A stretch of DNA of 64,000 nt, from the NCBI GenBank assembly GCA_035285865.1, contig JAYKHS010000003.1, forward strand, positions 1 to 64,000, read 5' to 3'. Below the pieces are notes generated by a model that saw only the letters and a list, made by a program, of their open reading frames with translations, did not search any database and was not told the DNA's origin. Position numbers and translations under genes: made by a program. Shown one piece after another: positions 20,401 through 28,598 of this stretch; the first letter of the stretch is position 1; the number at the start of each line of letters is the position of its first letter. This DNA comes from Candidatus Sericytochromatia bacterium. GTDB lineage: Bacteria > Cyanobacteriota > Sericytochromatia > S15B-MN24 > VGJW01.

Positions 20401-20577
20401 CTCGGGCGAGAAACCCGGCGCCTCGACGAGGACCGTGACCACGGGCCGCTGCAACTCGGGCAGCACGTCCACGGGCAATCGGGGAACCACGAGGACGCCG
20501 GCAACCGTCAGCAGCAAGGACGCGATGAGCACCCACGGACGTCGCAGAACGGACAGGCGGATGATCGCGTCAAGCAT
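17449..20577 (-). CDS. CusA/CzcA family heavy-metal efflux RND transporter
   Basis: 1042 aa; [51 protein letters not shown]. Confidence 0.95.
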   Translation of the reverse strand: [1042 protein letters not shown]

Positions 20578-20579
20578 CG

Positions 20580-22361
20580 TCAGGACCGGACCTTGCGCAA
20601 TTGGGTCCAGACGGCCTGGACACCCTGCACCACCACCCGCGAACCGGATTCGAGCCCCGAGACGATCTCGGCCTGCCCGCCCGAGCGCTGTCCGACGCGC
20701 ACGGCCACCAGACTGAATCGCTCCGCACCCGTCTTCACGATGACGAAGTCGCCCTTGTCACCGTCCTGCCTGAGCGCGGTCTCCGGCACCAACAGACGCC
20801 CGGCCCTGAGGACCCGACGCAACGTCAGACGACCTGCCGCCCCCAGGGGGGCAGTCGCCCCCTTCCACCGGAACGGAACCAAAGCATGCCGCGAGATCGG
20901 ATCAAGGGCCGGGGGCACACCTACGAGTTCGGCGGTTACCGCGGCATCAGGCGCGACGTCGAGGGTCACGACCGCCGCCGCCCCGGCAGAGAAATCGGCC
21001 AACACGGCCTCCGGCACCTGGGCCTGGAACCAGAGCCGCCCGGGATCGACGCACTCCAGCAGAGGTTGTCCCTGAGTCACGCCCTCGCCGGGACGCGCCA
21101 ACACGCGCGAGATCACGAGCCCTGCCTGCGCCACGATGGGCACAGGCCCGGCACCGGCGGGTCCCGGCCGCACGATGGCCCGCAAGGTCGCAAGGCGACG
21201 GCGCGCCGCCGCCAGATCGGCCTCGGCCTCTGCCAAATCCCGATCCGCCGCATCGCGAGCTGTCCCCAGCACGACTCCGTCCGTCCCCGCGAATCGGGCC
21301 AGTACCCGACGCGCCAGCGTTCGTCTGGCCTCGGCCCGCAGCATCGCCGCCTCGGCATCGGCCATGTCCCGCGCCATCGCATTGGTCTCGACCTGAATCT
21401 GCACCCGCTCGCCAACGCCGGCCCACTCCCGGACGAAGCCCACGGTGCCCGCGCCGCCAAGCCGCGTGCCCGGCACGGGCCAAGCCGGGGACTCCAGCAG
21501 ACCCGGTCGGGGCGCGCGCACCACGGCAAGGCGCGTGGCATCGGGGACCAGTTGGCCGACCACCCGGTGCTCACGCACCAGATCCCCGCGGCGGATGCGG
21601 ATGGTCCGCAGGTCCATGGCGAACTGGACCTCGAGGGGAACCTCGACTTCGGGTGGGCCGTGGTGATGGTGGGCGTGATCGTGGTGGTGGCCGTGTGCGT
21701 GGCCTGCCTCTGCCCGGGCGCGGACGGGCGCCTCGGCCCCGTGATCGTGGGCTTCGCCGCCGTGAGCTTCAGCCCGGCCTCCCGAAGCCACGGCCATCGC
21801 GAGCACGACCACCGATGCGGCCGGACGCCTCGCGCGCCGTATTCCGAGGACCAACAACACGCCCAGGAAGGGCAGCCCAAGCAACCACGGCCGGGGACGC
21901 CATCCTTCGATCCGCTGCCCTGCGGATACCACGGGCGGCAGGGCAAGGCGGACCTCCCGGCCATCCTTGCCTGTCCTCGCGACCGTCAGGACAAGGCGAC
22001 CTGCAGGCCACGCCACCTCGGCCGCATGACGACCCGGCACCGCAGGATCCGCCGCAAGGCGCGTTCGCCCGACACGTCCGCCCGGCAGCTGGCGCAGGAC
22101 GGCCACGCCCGAGCCGGTCCACGGTCCGCTGTCCTCAGCATCGGCCAGCCAGACTTCCAGCGTGCCGCGACGGCCCTCCGGCAACACGACGGCCACGTCG
22201 ACCTCGGCATCGGAGGCCGCGACGCGCTCACCGGGGCGCACGGCGGCGAGGGCCGGAGGCTCTTCGCCGCCGTGTGGTCCTTCATGGGCCCATCCAGGGC
22301 CCAGAAACACACCGAAAGTGAACAGGAAAGCCCCTGCCAGACGGACCAGATGTAGCGGCAT
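20580..22361 (-). CDS. His-rich RND periplasmic adaptor (membrane fusion protein)
   Basis: Signal peptide ending GWA-HEGPHGG; HAHGHHHDHAHHHHG tract; VLARPGEGVTQGQPL and EIVSGLESGSRVVVQG MFP motifs; 2 nt from the RND start. Confidence 0.85.
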   Translation of the reverse strand: MPLHLVRLAGAFLFTFGVFLGPGWAHEGPHGGEEPPALAAVRPGERVAASDAEVDVAVVLPEGRRGTLEVWLADAEDSGPWTGSGVAVLRQLPGGRVGRTRLAADPAVPGRHAAEVAWPAGRLVLTVARTGKDGREVRLALPPVVSAGQRIEGWRPRPWLLGLPFLGVLLVLGIRRARRPAASVVVLAMAVASGGRAEAHGGEAHDHGAEAPVRARAEAGHAHGHHHDHAHHHHGPPEVEVPLEVQFAMDLRTIRIRRGDLVREHRVVGQLVPDATRLAVVRAPRPGLLESPAWPVPGTRLGGAGTVGFVREWAGVGERVQIQVETNAMARDMADAEAAMLRAEARRTLARRVLARFAGTDGVVLGTARDAADRDLAEAEADLAAARRRLATLRAIVRPGPAGAGPVPIVAQAGLVISRVLARPGEGVTQGQPLLECVDPGRLWFQAQVPEAVLADFSAGAAAVVTLDVAPDAAVTAELVGVPPALDPISRHALVPFRWKGATAPLGAAGRLTLRRVLRAGRLLVPETALRQDGDKGDFVIVKTGAERFSLVAVRVGQRSGGQAEIVSGLESGSRVVVQGVQAVWTQLRKVRS

Positions 22362-22385
22362 GCCCCATGATGCTACACTCGCCAC

Positions 22386-23231
22386 GTGAACGAGACGACC
22401 GAACGACAGGACCACGCCCGAATCTCGGGCATCATTACCCGGGCGTGGGCTGAAGCGGATCGCAGCGCCGTCCTTGCGGATTCGACGGTCCGGGAGGCCG
22501 TGGCAACCACCATCGAAGGCCTGGACGAAGGCACGATCCGCGTGGCCAGCAAGGTGGACGGGGCGTGGCAAGTCCACGCCTGGACCAAGCAGGCCATCCT
22601 GCTGTGGTTCGGCATGCGTCCGAACGAACCCCTGGAAGCCGGAGACCTTCGATTTCTCGACAAGATTCGCCCGAAGACGCGCCTCGAAGGAGTCCGCGTC
22701 GTCCCGCCCGGAGTCGCCCGCCACGGAAGCCATCTGGAGCCCGGGGTAATCCTGATGCCCGGCTATGTCAACATCGGCGCCCGGGTCGGCACCGGCACGA
22801 TGGTCGACACGTGGGCGACGGTGGGTTCCTGCGCGCAGATCGGTGCGCACGTGCATCTGTCGGGCGGCGTGGGGATCGGCGGGGTTCTCGAACCGCCCGC
22901 AGCACGACCGGTCATCATCGAAGACGGGGTGTTCGTCGGGTCGCGGTGCATCGTCGTCGAAGGCGTGCTGGTCGAGGAGGAGGCCGTCCTCGGCGCCGGC
23001 GTCGTGCTGACGGCGTCGACGCCCATCATCGACGTGACGGGTCCGGAGCCCGTCACGATCAAGGGTCGGGTACCCGCGCGCTCGGTGGTCATTCCGGGCA
23101 CGCGGCCCAAGGAGTACCCGGCCGGCACCTTCCACGTGCCCTGTGCGCTCATCGTCGGCCAACGCAACGCCAGCACGGATCGCAAGACCTCGCTGAACGA
23201 AGCCCTGCGTGGCTTCGACATCGCGACATGA
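22386..23231 (+). CDS. dapD: Tetrahydrodipicolinate N-succinyltransferase
   Basis: YVNIGARVGTGTMVDTWATVGSCAQIG, HLSGGVGIGGVLEP, KTSLNEALR. Confidence 0.96.
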   Translation: MNETTERQDHARISGIITRAWAEADRSAVLADSTVREAVATTIEGLDEGTIRVASKVDGAWQVHAWTKQAILLWFGMRPNEPLEAGDLRFLDKIRPKTRLEGVRVVPPGVARHGSHLEPGVILMPGYVNIGARVGTGTMVDTWATVGSCAQIGAHVHLSGGVGIGGVLEPPAARPVIIEDGVFVGSRCIVVEGVLVEEEAVLGAGVVLTASTPIIDVTGPEPVTIKGRVPARSVVIPGTRPKEYPAGTFHVPCALIVGQRNASTDRKTSLNEALRGFDIAT

Positions 23232-24307
23232 CGACCGACGCGGCCGACCTCGCCGACCGCCTGGCGCGGCTTACGGACGCGTGGTGTCGCGTCCCCTCGC
23301 CAACTGGCCAGGAACAGGCGCTGGCCGACCTCATCGAGGCCGAGGCTCGGACGGCGGGTCTTGCGGTCGCGCGTCATCGCGACTGCCTCGTCCTGCGATC
23401 GGCCGGCGCAACGGGTCCTGCCGATCTGATGCTGGTGGGGCATCTGGACACGGTGCCCTGTGCCTCGGATCAGCCCGAGGGCATCCGGGAAGGCCGCGTA
23501 TACGGATGCGGGACCAGCGACATGAAAGGCGCGCTGGCGGTCATCTTCGATCGCCTCTGCCGACCTTCCCGCCTCGGCCTGACGGCCCTGTTCTATGACC
23601 GGGAAGAAGGCCCCTACGCCGACAACGGCCTCGCGATGCTGCGCCAGCAAGGACGTTTGCCCGAGGCACGGACCGCCTTGGTCATGGAGCCGACGGACAA
23701 CGCCATCGAGGCGGGATGCCTCGGCAATCTGCACGCGACGCTCACGCTGCAGGGCCAGCGGGCGCACAGTGCACGCCCGTGGCAGGGCAAAAACGCCCTC
23801 CACGCCGCGTGGCCGCTGCTCGAAGCCCTGTCCCGTCTGGCTCCCGAAGAGCGCCTGATCGAAGGCCTTGCCTACAGGCGCGTGCTGTCGGCGACCACGG
23901 CGACGACGGCGAACGGCCGCAACGTGGTGCCCGACGCTTTCCGACTGAACCTCAACTTCCGTTTCACCCCGGACGAAACGCTCGAACAGGCCGAGGGCTG
24001 GCTCCGGGACTGGCTGGCCGGGATAGGGCTGGTGGTGCCCTGGACCCTCGACGTCACGGATCGCGCCCCGGCAGGCGCCATTTGCCTCGATGCCCCGCAC
24101 CTCGGTCCCTGGCGCGCACGGCATGGCCTCGAGGTCCAGCCCAAGCAGGCGTGGACCGATGTCGCCCAGCTGACTGCCGCGGGCATCCCCGCCGTGAACT
24201 TCGGTCCTGGCGAGCCCGCGCAAGCGCATCAGGCCCGCGAGTCCATCCCCATCGCCAATCTGGTCAAGGCGTGGGAACTGCTGGACGATCTGGTGGGCCA
24301 GCCTTGA
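23228..24307 (+). CDS. dapE: Succinyl-diaminopimelate desuccinylase
   Basis: GHLDTVP, GTSDMKG, FYDREEGPY..NGL, HSARPWQGKNA, WTDVA, NFGPG..AH; ATGA overlap with dapD. Confidence 0.9.
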   Translation: MTTDAADLADRLARLTDAWCRVPSPTGQEQALADLIEAEARTAGLAVARHRDCLVLRSAGATGPADLMLVGHLDTVPCASDQPEGIREGRVYGCGTSDMKGALAVIFDRLCRPSRLGLTALFYDREEGPYADNGLAMLRQQGRLPEARTALVMEPTDNAIEAGCLGNLHATLTLQGQRAHSARPWQGKNALHAAWPLLEALSRLAPEERLIEGLAYRRVLSATTATTANGRNVVPDAFRLNLNFRFTPDETLEQAEGWLRDWLAGIGLVVPWTLDVTDRAPAGAICLDAPHLGPWRARHGLEVQPKQAWTDVAQLTAAGIPAVNFGPGEPAQAHQARESIPIANLVKAWELLDDLVGQP

Positions 24308-25440
24308 ATCCCCTGCTGGCCGCGATGCCGCCCTCGCCCATCCGGCGCATGAATCAGCTCAAGCAACCGGGCGACCTGGACCTTGGCCTGGGAGAGCCGG
24401 ATTGGCCCGTGGCGGAGTTCCTGGTGGAGGATGCCTTGGCGGCCGTGCGCGACCACGGTACGGCGTACGGACCCAATGCCGGCCTGGAGGCCATTCGTGC
24501 CCGGCTGGTCCGGGCCCGTGGCGGACGCCTCGCGGCCAGCGGCCCCGGGGCCGCCATCCTGACGGTCGGCGCCCAGGAAGCCGTGGCCACGGCCATGGGT
24601 GCCGTCCTCGGGCCGGGGGACGAGGTGCTGGTGGTCGGTCCGGCCTATCCCCTGTATGCGCGCCTGGCCGAGTGGCTGGGCATCGCCGTCCGGACGGTGG
24701 CGATGCCGGCGCGCAACGGGTTCGCGCCCGACCCCGAACGCATCCTCGGCGCGCTGGGTCCGCGTACGCGCCTGGTCGTGCTCGGACAGCCCGCCAACCC
24801 TACGGGTCGGGCCCTCGATGCCGCAGGGCTCGCCTTGCTCTGCCAGGGTCTGGAGCGACATGAAGCAGCCCCATGGCTGCTGTCGGACGAAGTCTACCGG
24901 GATCTCCCCGCGGCCCGAGCCAGCATCCCCACGGCCCTCGAGCACGGCGACCGGGTCTTGGTCGCAGGCAGCCTCTCCAAATCGCATGCCGCCACGGGCT
25001 GGCGGATCGGCTGGCTCATGGGACCGCCGAATGCCCTCGGAGCCGCCAATCGCCTGCATCAGCTGCTCGTGACCTCGACAGGCATTCCGGGCCAGCGCCT
25101 GCTGGAGGCCGTATGCCTGCGGGACGCGTGGACGCTGGGGTCAGCCGCCGCGCAGACCCGGTGGCAAACGGCCGAAAGGATGTTTGCGGCAGCTGTCCTG
25201 CATCACATCGTGCCGGACGGGGGCTTCTTCACGCTGGTCCGGCCAGCCGAGGGACCGCTAGCCGACTCGGAAAAGACGGCGCTCGCCCTGCTGGATCAAG
25301 AACGCATCGTGACCATTCCGGGCGCTGCGTTCGGTGCCGAGGGCTGGCTGCGTATCAGTCTGCTGGCCCCGGAGGATCGCCTGGGGCCAAGCCTGGTGAA
25401 GTTGGCCCGGTTCCTGTCCGCGGCCGACCGGGCAAGCTGA
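24304..25440 (+). CDS. Class I/II PLP aminotransferase (likely DapC by context)
   Basis: LGLGEPD, PANPTG, SDEVY, SLSKSHAATGWRIG; coupled to dapE. Confidence 0.85.
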   Translation: MNPLLAAMPPSPIRRMNQLKQPGDLDLGLGEPDWPVAEFLVEDALAAVRDHGTAYGPNAGLEAIRARLVRARGGRLAASGPGAAILTVGAQEAVATAMGAVLGPGDEVLVVGPAYPLYARLAEWLGIAVRTVAMPARNGFAPDPERILGALGPRTRLVVLGQPANPTGRALDAAGLALLCQGLERHEAAPWLLSDEVYRDLPAARASIPTALEHGDRVLVAGSLSKSHAATGWRIGWLMGPPNALGAANRLHQLLVTSTGIPGQRLLEAVCLRDAWTLGSAAAQTRWQTAERMFAAAVLHHIVPDGGFFTLVRPAEGPLADSEKTALALLDQERIVTIPGAAFGAEGWLRISLLAPEDRLGPSLVKLARFLSAADRAS

Positions 25441-26656
25441 TCAGGTTGCCTCGATCGGCGTCGAGGGCCGCCCAGGGCGCCTCGTCAGGAGGCAGAATCA
25501 ACCACATGGGCTCGGCCATACGGCCACGGAACGGTTGCAGGATGACCCGGGTGCCGGGTCGCCACCAAGATGACCGACCTGCCTCGCGCATCGTGGCCAA
25601 CAACCTCGGGAGGGCTTCGGGAGAATCGATCCGGACGCGGCGGAAAGCTGTCGTCCCGGTGCGGTAGACCCGGTAAGGCAAGGCTCCGGACCGCCAGGAA
25701 AGCGCGCCCCCGAAGCGGGGTACCCGCACCTCGCGAACGTCGTCGGACGGTGCCGCCATGGCGCCCGCGACCTCCGGCAGCAGGCCATACGGAACAGCGG
25801 GATCCGGTACGGCCGACCTGCGCCGGACCATGACCTGCCAATCCCCGCGGGTCAGCACGCCTCCCTCCAGGTTGTCCATGTCATCCGTCCACGCGAGGAA
25901 GGGCTCCCACGCCCCCGGACCCGCGCCCCGCAGCGCCTGGCGAACGGCCCAGGCCGCAGAACCCTCGGTGCCTTCAGGGAACGACGGGTCCAGGACCGAC
26001 TCGGGGAGTGCCGGCGTGGCCGAAGGATCGGGTGCCGGGGTAGGGCTGGGCGCAAGGGGCGGCGCCGTGAGGTTCAGGCGCTCCAGCAGGGCTTCGCGCT
26101 GGCGCTCGGCCGCCGCTGCAGCCCGTTCGGGTTCCAGCAGGCGGGGCATGGTCCATCCGGCCCAGATGGCCGTCTGCTCGACGAGCAAACCGAGACCCCA
26201 GCCCGCAAGCAGGGCACCCGACCCCAGGAGCAGACCGGTGAGCGCGCTGTCCGGGCCGGCATGCTGGGGGACGAAGGTGGAGGGTGGCAGGGTGATGGCC
26301 CCCAGCTTGGTCTCGGTCTTGCGGTAACCGAAGAAGTTGTCCACACCCACGAGGGTCCCGAGCGGCAGCAGCAACAAGCCACCCCCGAGCCGCCAGAACG
26401 TGCCCCAAGTCTCGCGGACGCGCAGGGCCTCGGCCAACTCCTCCTCCCCGGGAAGGGAGGCGAGGATGCGATCGGGTATGGGCTGACCATCCCGCAGCAG
26501 GCGATAGCTGTCGCCCTCCGGCACGAACTCGATGGCGAAGCGTCGATACAATCCGGGCCGGTCATCCGGCGCCATGTCGATGTCGGGCGTCGCCGGGACC
26601 ATCGTCAGCGCACCCGCCAGCAGGCCAGCCAAGGCTGGACGCGAACGACGCGCCAT
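25355..26656 (-). CDS. Hypothetical membrane or secreted protein
   Basis: Signal-like N-terminus and two internal hydrophobic segments; 3' end overlaps the convergent aminotransferase by 86 nt. Confidence 0.6.
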   Translation of the reverse strand: MARRSRPALAGLLAGALTMVPATPDIDMAPDDRPGLYRRFAIEFVPEGDSYRLLRDGQPIPDRILASLPGEEELAEALRVRETWGTFWRLGGGLLLLPLGTLVGVDNFFGYRKTETKLGAITLPPSTFVPQHAGPDSALTGLLLGSGALLAGWGLGLLVEQTAIWAGWTMPRLLEPERAAAAAERQREALLERLNLTAPPLAPSPTPAPDPSATPALPESVLDPSFPEGTEGSAAWAVRQALRGAGPGAWEPFLAWTDDMDNLEGGVLTRGDWQVMVRRRSAVPDPAVPYGLLPEVAGAMAAPSDDVREVRVPRFGGALSWRSGALPYRVYRTGTTAFRRVRIDSPEALPRLLATMREAGRSSWWRPGTRVILQPFRGRMAEPMWLILPPDEAPWAALDADRGNLISLPGRPRTGTGPTSPGLAPGDPPGPAD

Positions 26657-26680
26657 GAGCGGTCTCCCTTCGGGTTCGGA

Positions 26681-26700
26681 ATCGTACCATGTGGTACGAT
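26681..26700. promoter_or_regulatory. Perfect inverted repeat ATCGTACCA-TG-TGGTACGAT (back-to-back extended -10 elements or an operator)
   Basis: Each arm reads TGGTACGAT (TGn-TAnnnT) toward one of two divergent genes. Confidence 0.6.
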
Positions 26701-26709
26701 TCGGGGGTC

Positions 26710-27456
26710 ATGACGACCGCCAAATTGCCCCAGGAAGGCCGTCTGGGTCAGATGCTGATCCAGCAGGGCCTCATCTCGTCCGAGGACCTGGAGGACGCCC
26801 TGCGTGTCCAGCAGGCCGACGACACCCGCCCCCTCGGGGAGATCTTGGTGGCTCAGGGTGCATTGACCCCATCCCAACTTCGCGAGATCCTGCGCACCCA
26901 GTTGCAGGATGCACGCCTCGGCCAGATCCTGGTGCGACGGGGCAGCTTGTCCGATGCCGATCTCGAGCGGGCACTCGAGGTCCAGGCGGTCGAACCAGGT
27001 CTCCTCGGAGAGATATTGGTGAAACTCGAGGTGGCCACCGCAGACGAAGTCTCGTGGGCCTTGGCCCAGCAGCGTCAGGAGAAGCGCCTGGGAGCCTTCC
27101 TCATCAAGCGTCGGCTCATCACGAGTGAAGACCTCGATCGCGCGATGATCACGCTGGGGAGCCAGCCCGAGCTGCACCTGGCGGACATTCTGGTCCAGCA
27201 GGGTTCGCTGACACCCGAGCAGGTCGACGAGAACCTCAGCTTCCAGACCCAGGAGTCCCGGCTGGGGACGATTCTGGTGACGCAGGGTGTCGTGACGCGC
27301 GATCAGCTGGAGGACGCGCTCATCCGCCAGGCCGTCACCGGGCAGTTGCTGGGCGAGATCCTGGTGGGATCCGGCATTTGCACCCTCGAGCAACTTGGAC
27401 GCGCCCTGCAGGCGCAGCTCGTCGACGGGGCCCGGGACCCCGAAGCCTCCCGGTGA
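26710..27456 (+). CDS. Protein of eight tandem 24-aa MshEN motifs (four MshEN c-di-GMP-binding modules)
   Basis: RLGQMLIQQGLISSEDLEDALRVQ, PLGEILVAQG, RLGQILVRRG, LLGEILVKL, RLGAFLIKRR, HLADILVQQG, RLGTILVTQG, LLGEILVGSG. Confidence 0.88.
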   Translation: MTTAKLPQEGRLGQMLIQQGLISSEDLEDALRVQQADDTRPLGEILVAQGALTPSQLREILRTQLQDARLGQILVRRGSLSDADLERALEVQAVEPGLLGEILVKLEVATADEVSWALAQQRQEKRLGAFLIKRRLITSEDLDRAMITLGSQPELHLADILVQQGSLTPEQVDENLSFQTQESRLGTILVTQGVVTRDQLEDALIRQAVTGQLLGEILVGSGICTLEQLGRALQAQLVDGARDPEASR

Positions 27457-28598
27457 CGGTCGGCGTCCGCCCCCGCGTCGTCGTCTCGGGCTACTACGGC
27501 TTCGGGAATGCCGGGGACGAGGCAATTCTCGCGACTCTGGTCCAGGAGTTGGGAACCTGGGCCGACCTCGTCGTGCTCTCGGCGGACCCCGCCACCACGG
27601 TGCGCGATCACGGCGTCGCCGCCGTGCCGCGCACCGATCTGCGCCGGATATGGCAGGTCGTCCGCGGAGCGGGTCTGTTCATCTCGGGTGGCGGCGGCCT
27701 GATGCAGGACGTGACGGGCGTCGGATCCGTCCCGTACTACGGCGGTCTGATCCGGATGGCAAAGCTGGCCGGTACGCCCGTGATGACGCTGGGCATCGGC
27801 CTGGGCCCGTTGCGCCGTGCCGCCTCGCGTGCGCTGGCCGGGTGGACGCTGGGTGCGTGCTCGGCCCTGGCGGTGCGAGATGCCGGCTCGGTTGCCCTGA
27901 TGGAGACCCTTGGCCTACCCCGTAACCGCATCCACCTGACGGCCGATCCCGTGCTCGCCTTGCGACCGGCCGCACCGGAGCGGACGGCAGCCATCCTCGA
28001 GGAAGCCGGCATACCGTTGGCGGGCCCCCCGCTGGTGGCCGTGGCAGTCCGTCAATGGCCGAACTGGTACGAACGCCAGTTCAAGAGCCTGTCGGCCACC
28101 CTCGGCCAACTGGCCTCCCGTGAAGGCTTCCGGTTGCTCGTGCTGCCCTTCCAGCATCCCGAAGACATGTGGATTTCGCAGGAGTTCGCCATGTGCGCCG
28201 AGACCCGCCCGGAGGGTCATCGGCCGCAGGTGACGGTGCTCGAACGTCCGTGCACCCCATCCGAGCTGATGGGAATCGTCGCCCGCTGTCAGATGGTCGT
28301 CGGGATGCGCCTGCACGCGCTCATCATGGCGGCCGCGACAGGCGTGCCGTTCTTCGGGCTGGCCTATGACGAGAAGGTGCGGCAGCAGTGTGCCCGCTGG
28401 GACGCTCCGATGGCTCGTGACCTTGCGGAACTCGACGACTTCGAGGCATTCGGCAGGCGTCTGGGGACGCTGTGGCAGCAGCGCGACGTTCTGGCTTCCG
28501 CCCTGCAGGCGCGACAAGCCATCGAACTCGAGGCCGCTTTGCGGAACTTCACCTTGGCGCGGGACCTGGCCGAAGCACCTGCGGGAGTTCGCGCATGA
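27453..28598 (+). CDS. csaB: Polysaccharide pyruvyl transferase CsaB
   Basis: VSGYYGFGNAGDEAIL, ISGGGGLMQDVTG..SVPYY, GLGPL, VRD..S, TADPV, GMRLHALIMA. Confidence 0.92.
   Translation: MTVGVRPRVVVSGYYGFGNAGDEAILATLVQELGTWADLVVLSADPATTVRDHGVAAVPRTDLRRIWQVVRGAGLFISGGGGLMQDVTGVGSVPYYGGLIRMAKLAGTPVMTLGIGLGPLRRAASRALAGWTLGACSALAVRDAGSVALMETLGLPRNRIHLTADPVLALRPAAPERTAAILEEAGIPLAGPPLVAVAVRQWPNWYERQFKSLSATLGQLASREGFRLLVLPFQHPEDMWISQEFAMCAETRPEGHRPQVTVLERPCTPSELMGIVARCQMVVGMRLHALIMAAATGVPFFGLAYDEKVRQQCARWDAPMARDLAELDDFEAFGRRLGTLWQQRDVLASALQARQAIELEAALRNFTLARDLAEAPAGVRA

Noticed and set aside
22362..23162. N-terminal extension making the RND adaptor ORF 860 aa
   Set aside because: Antisense to dapD.
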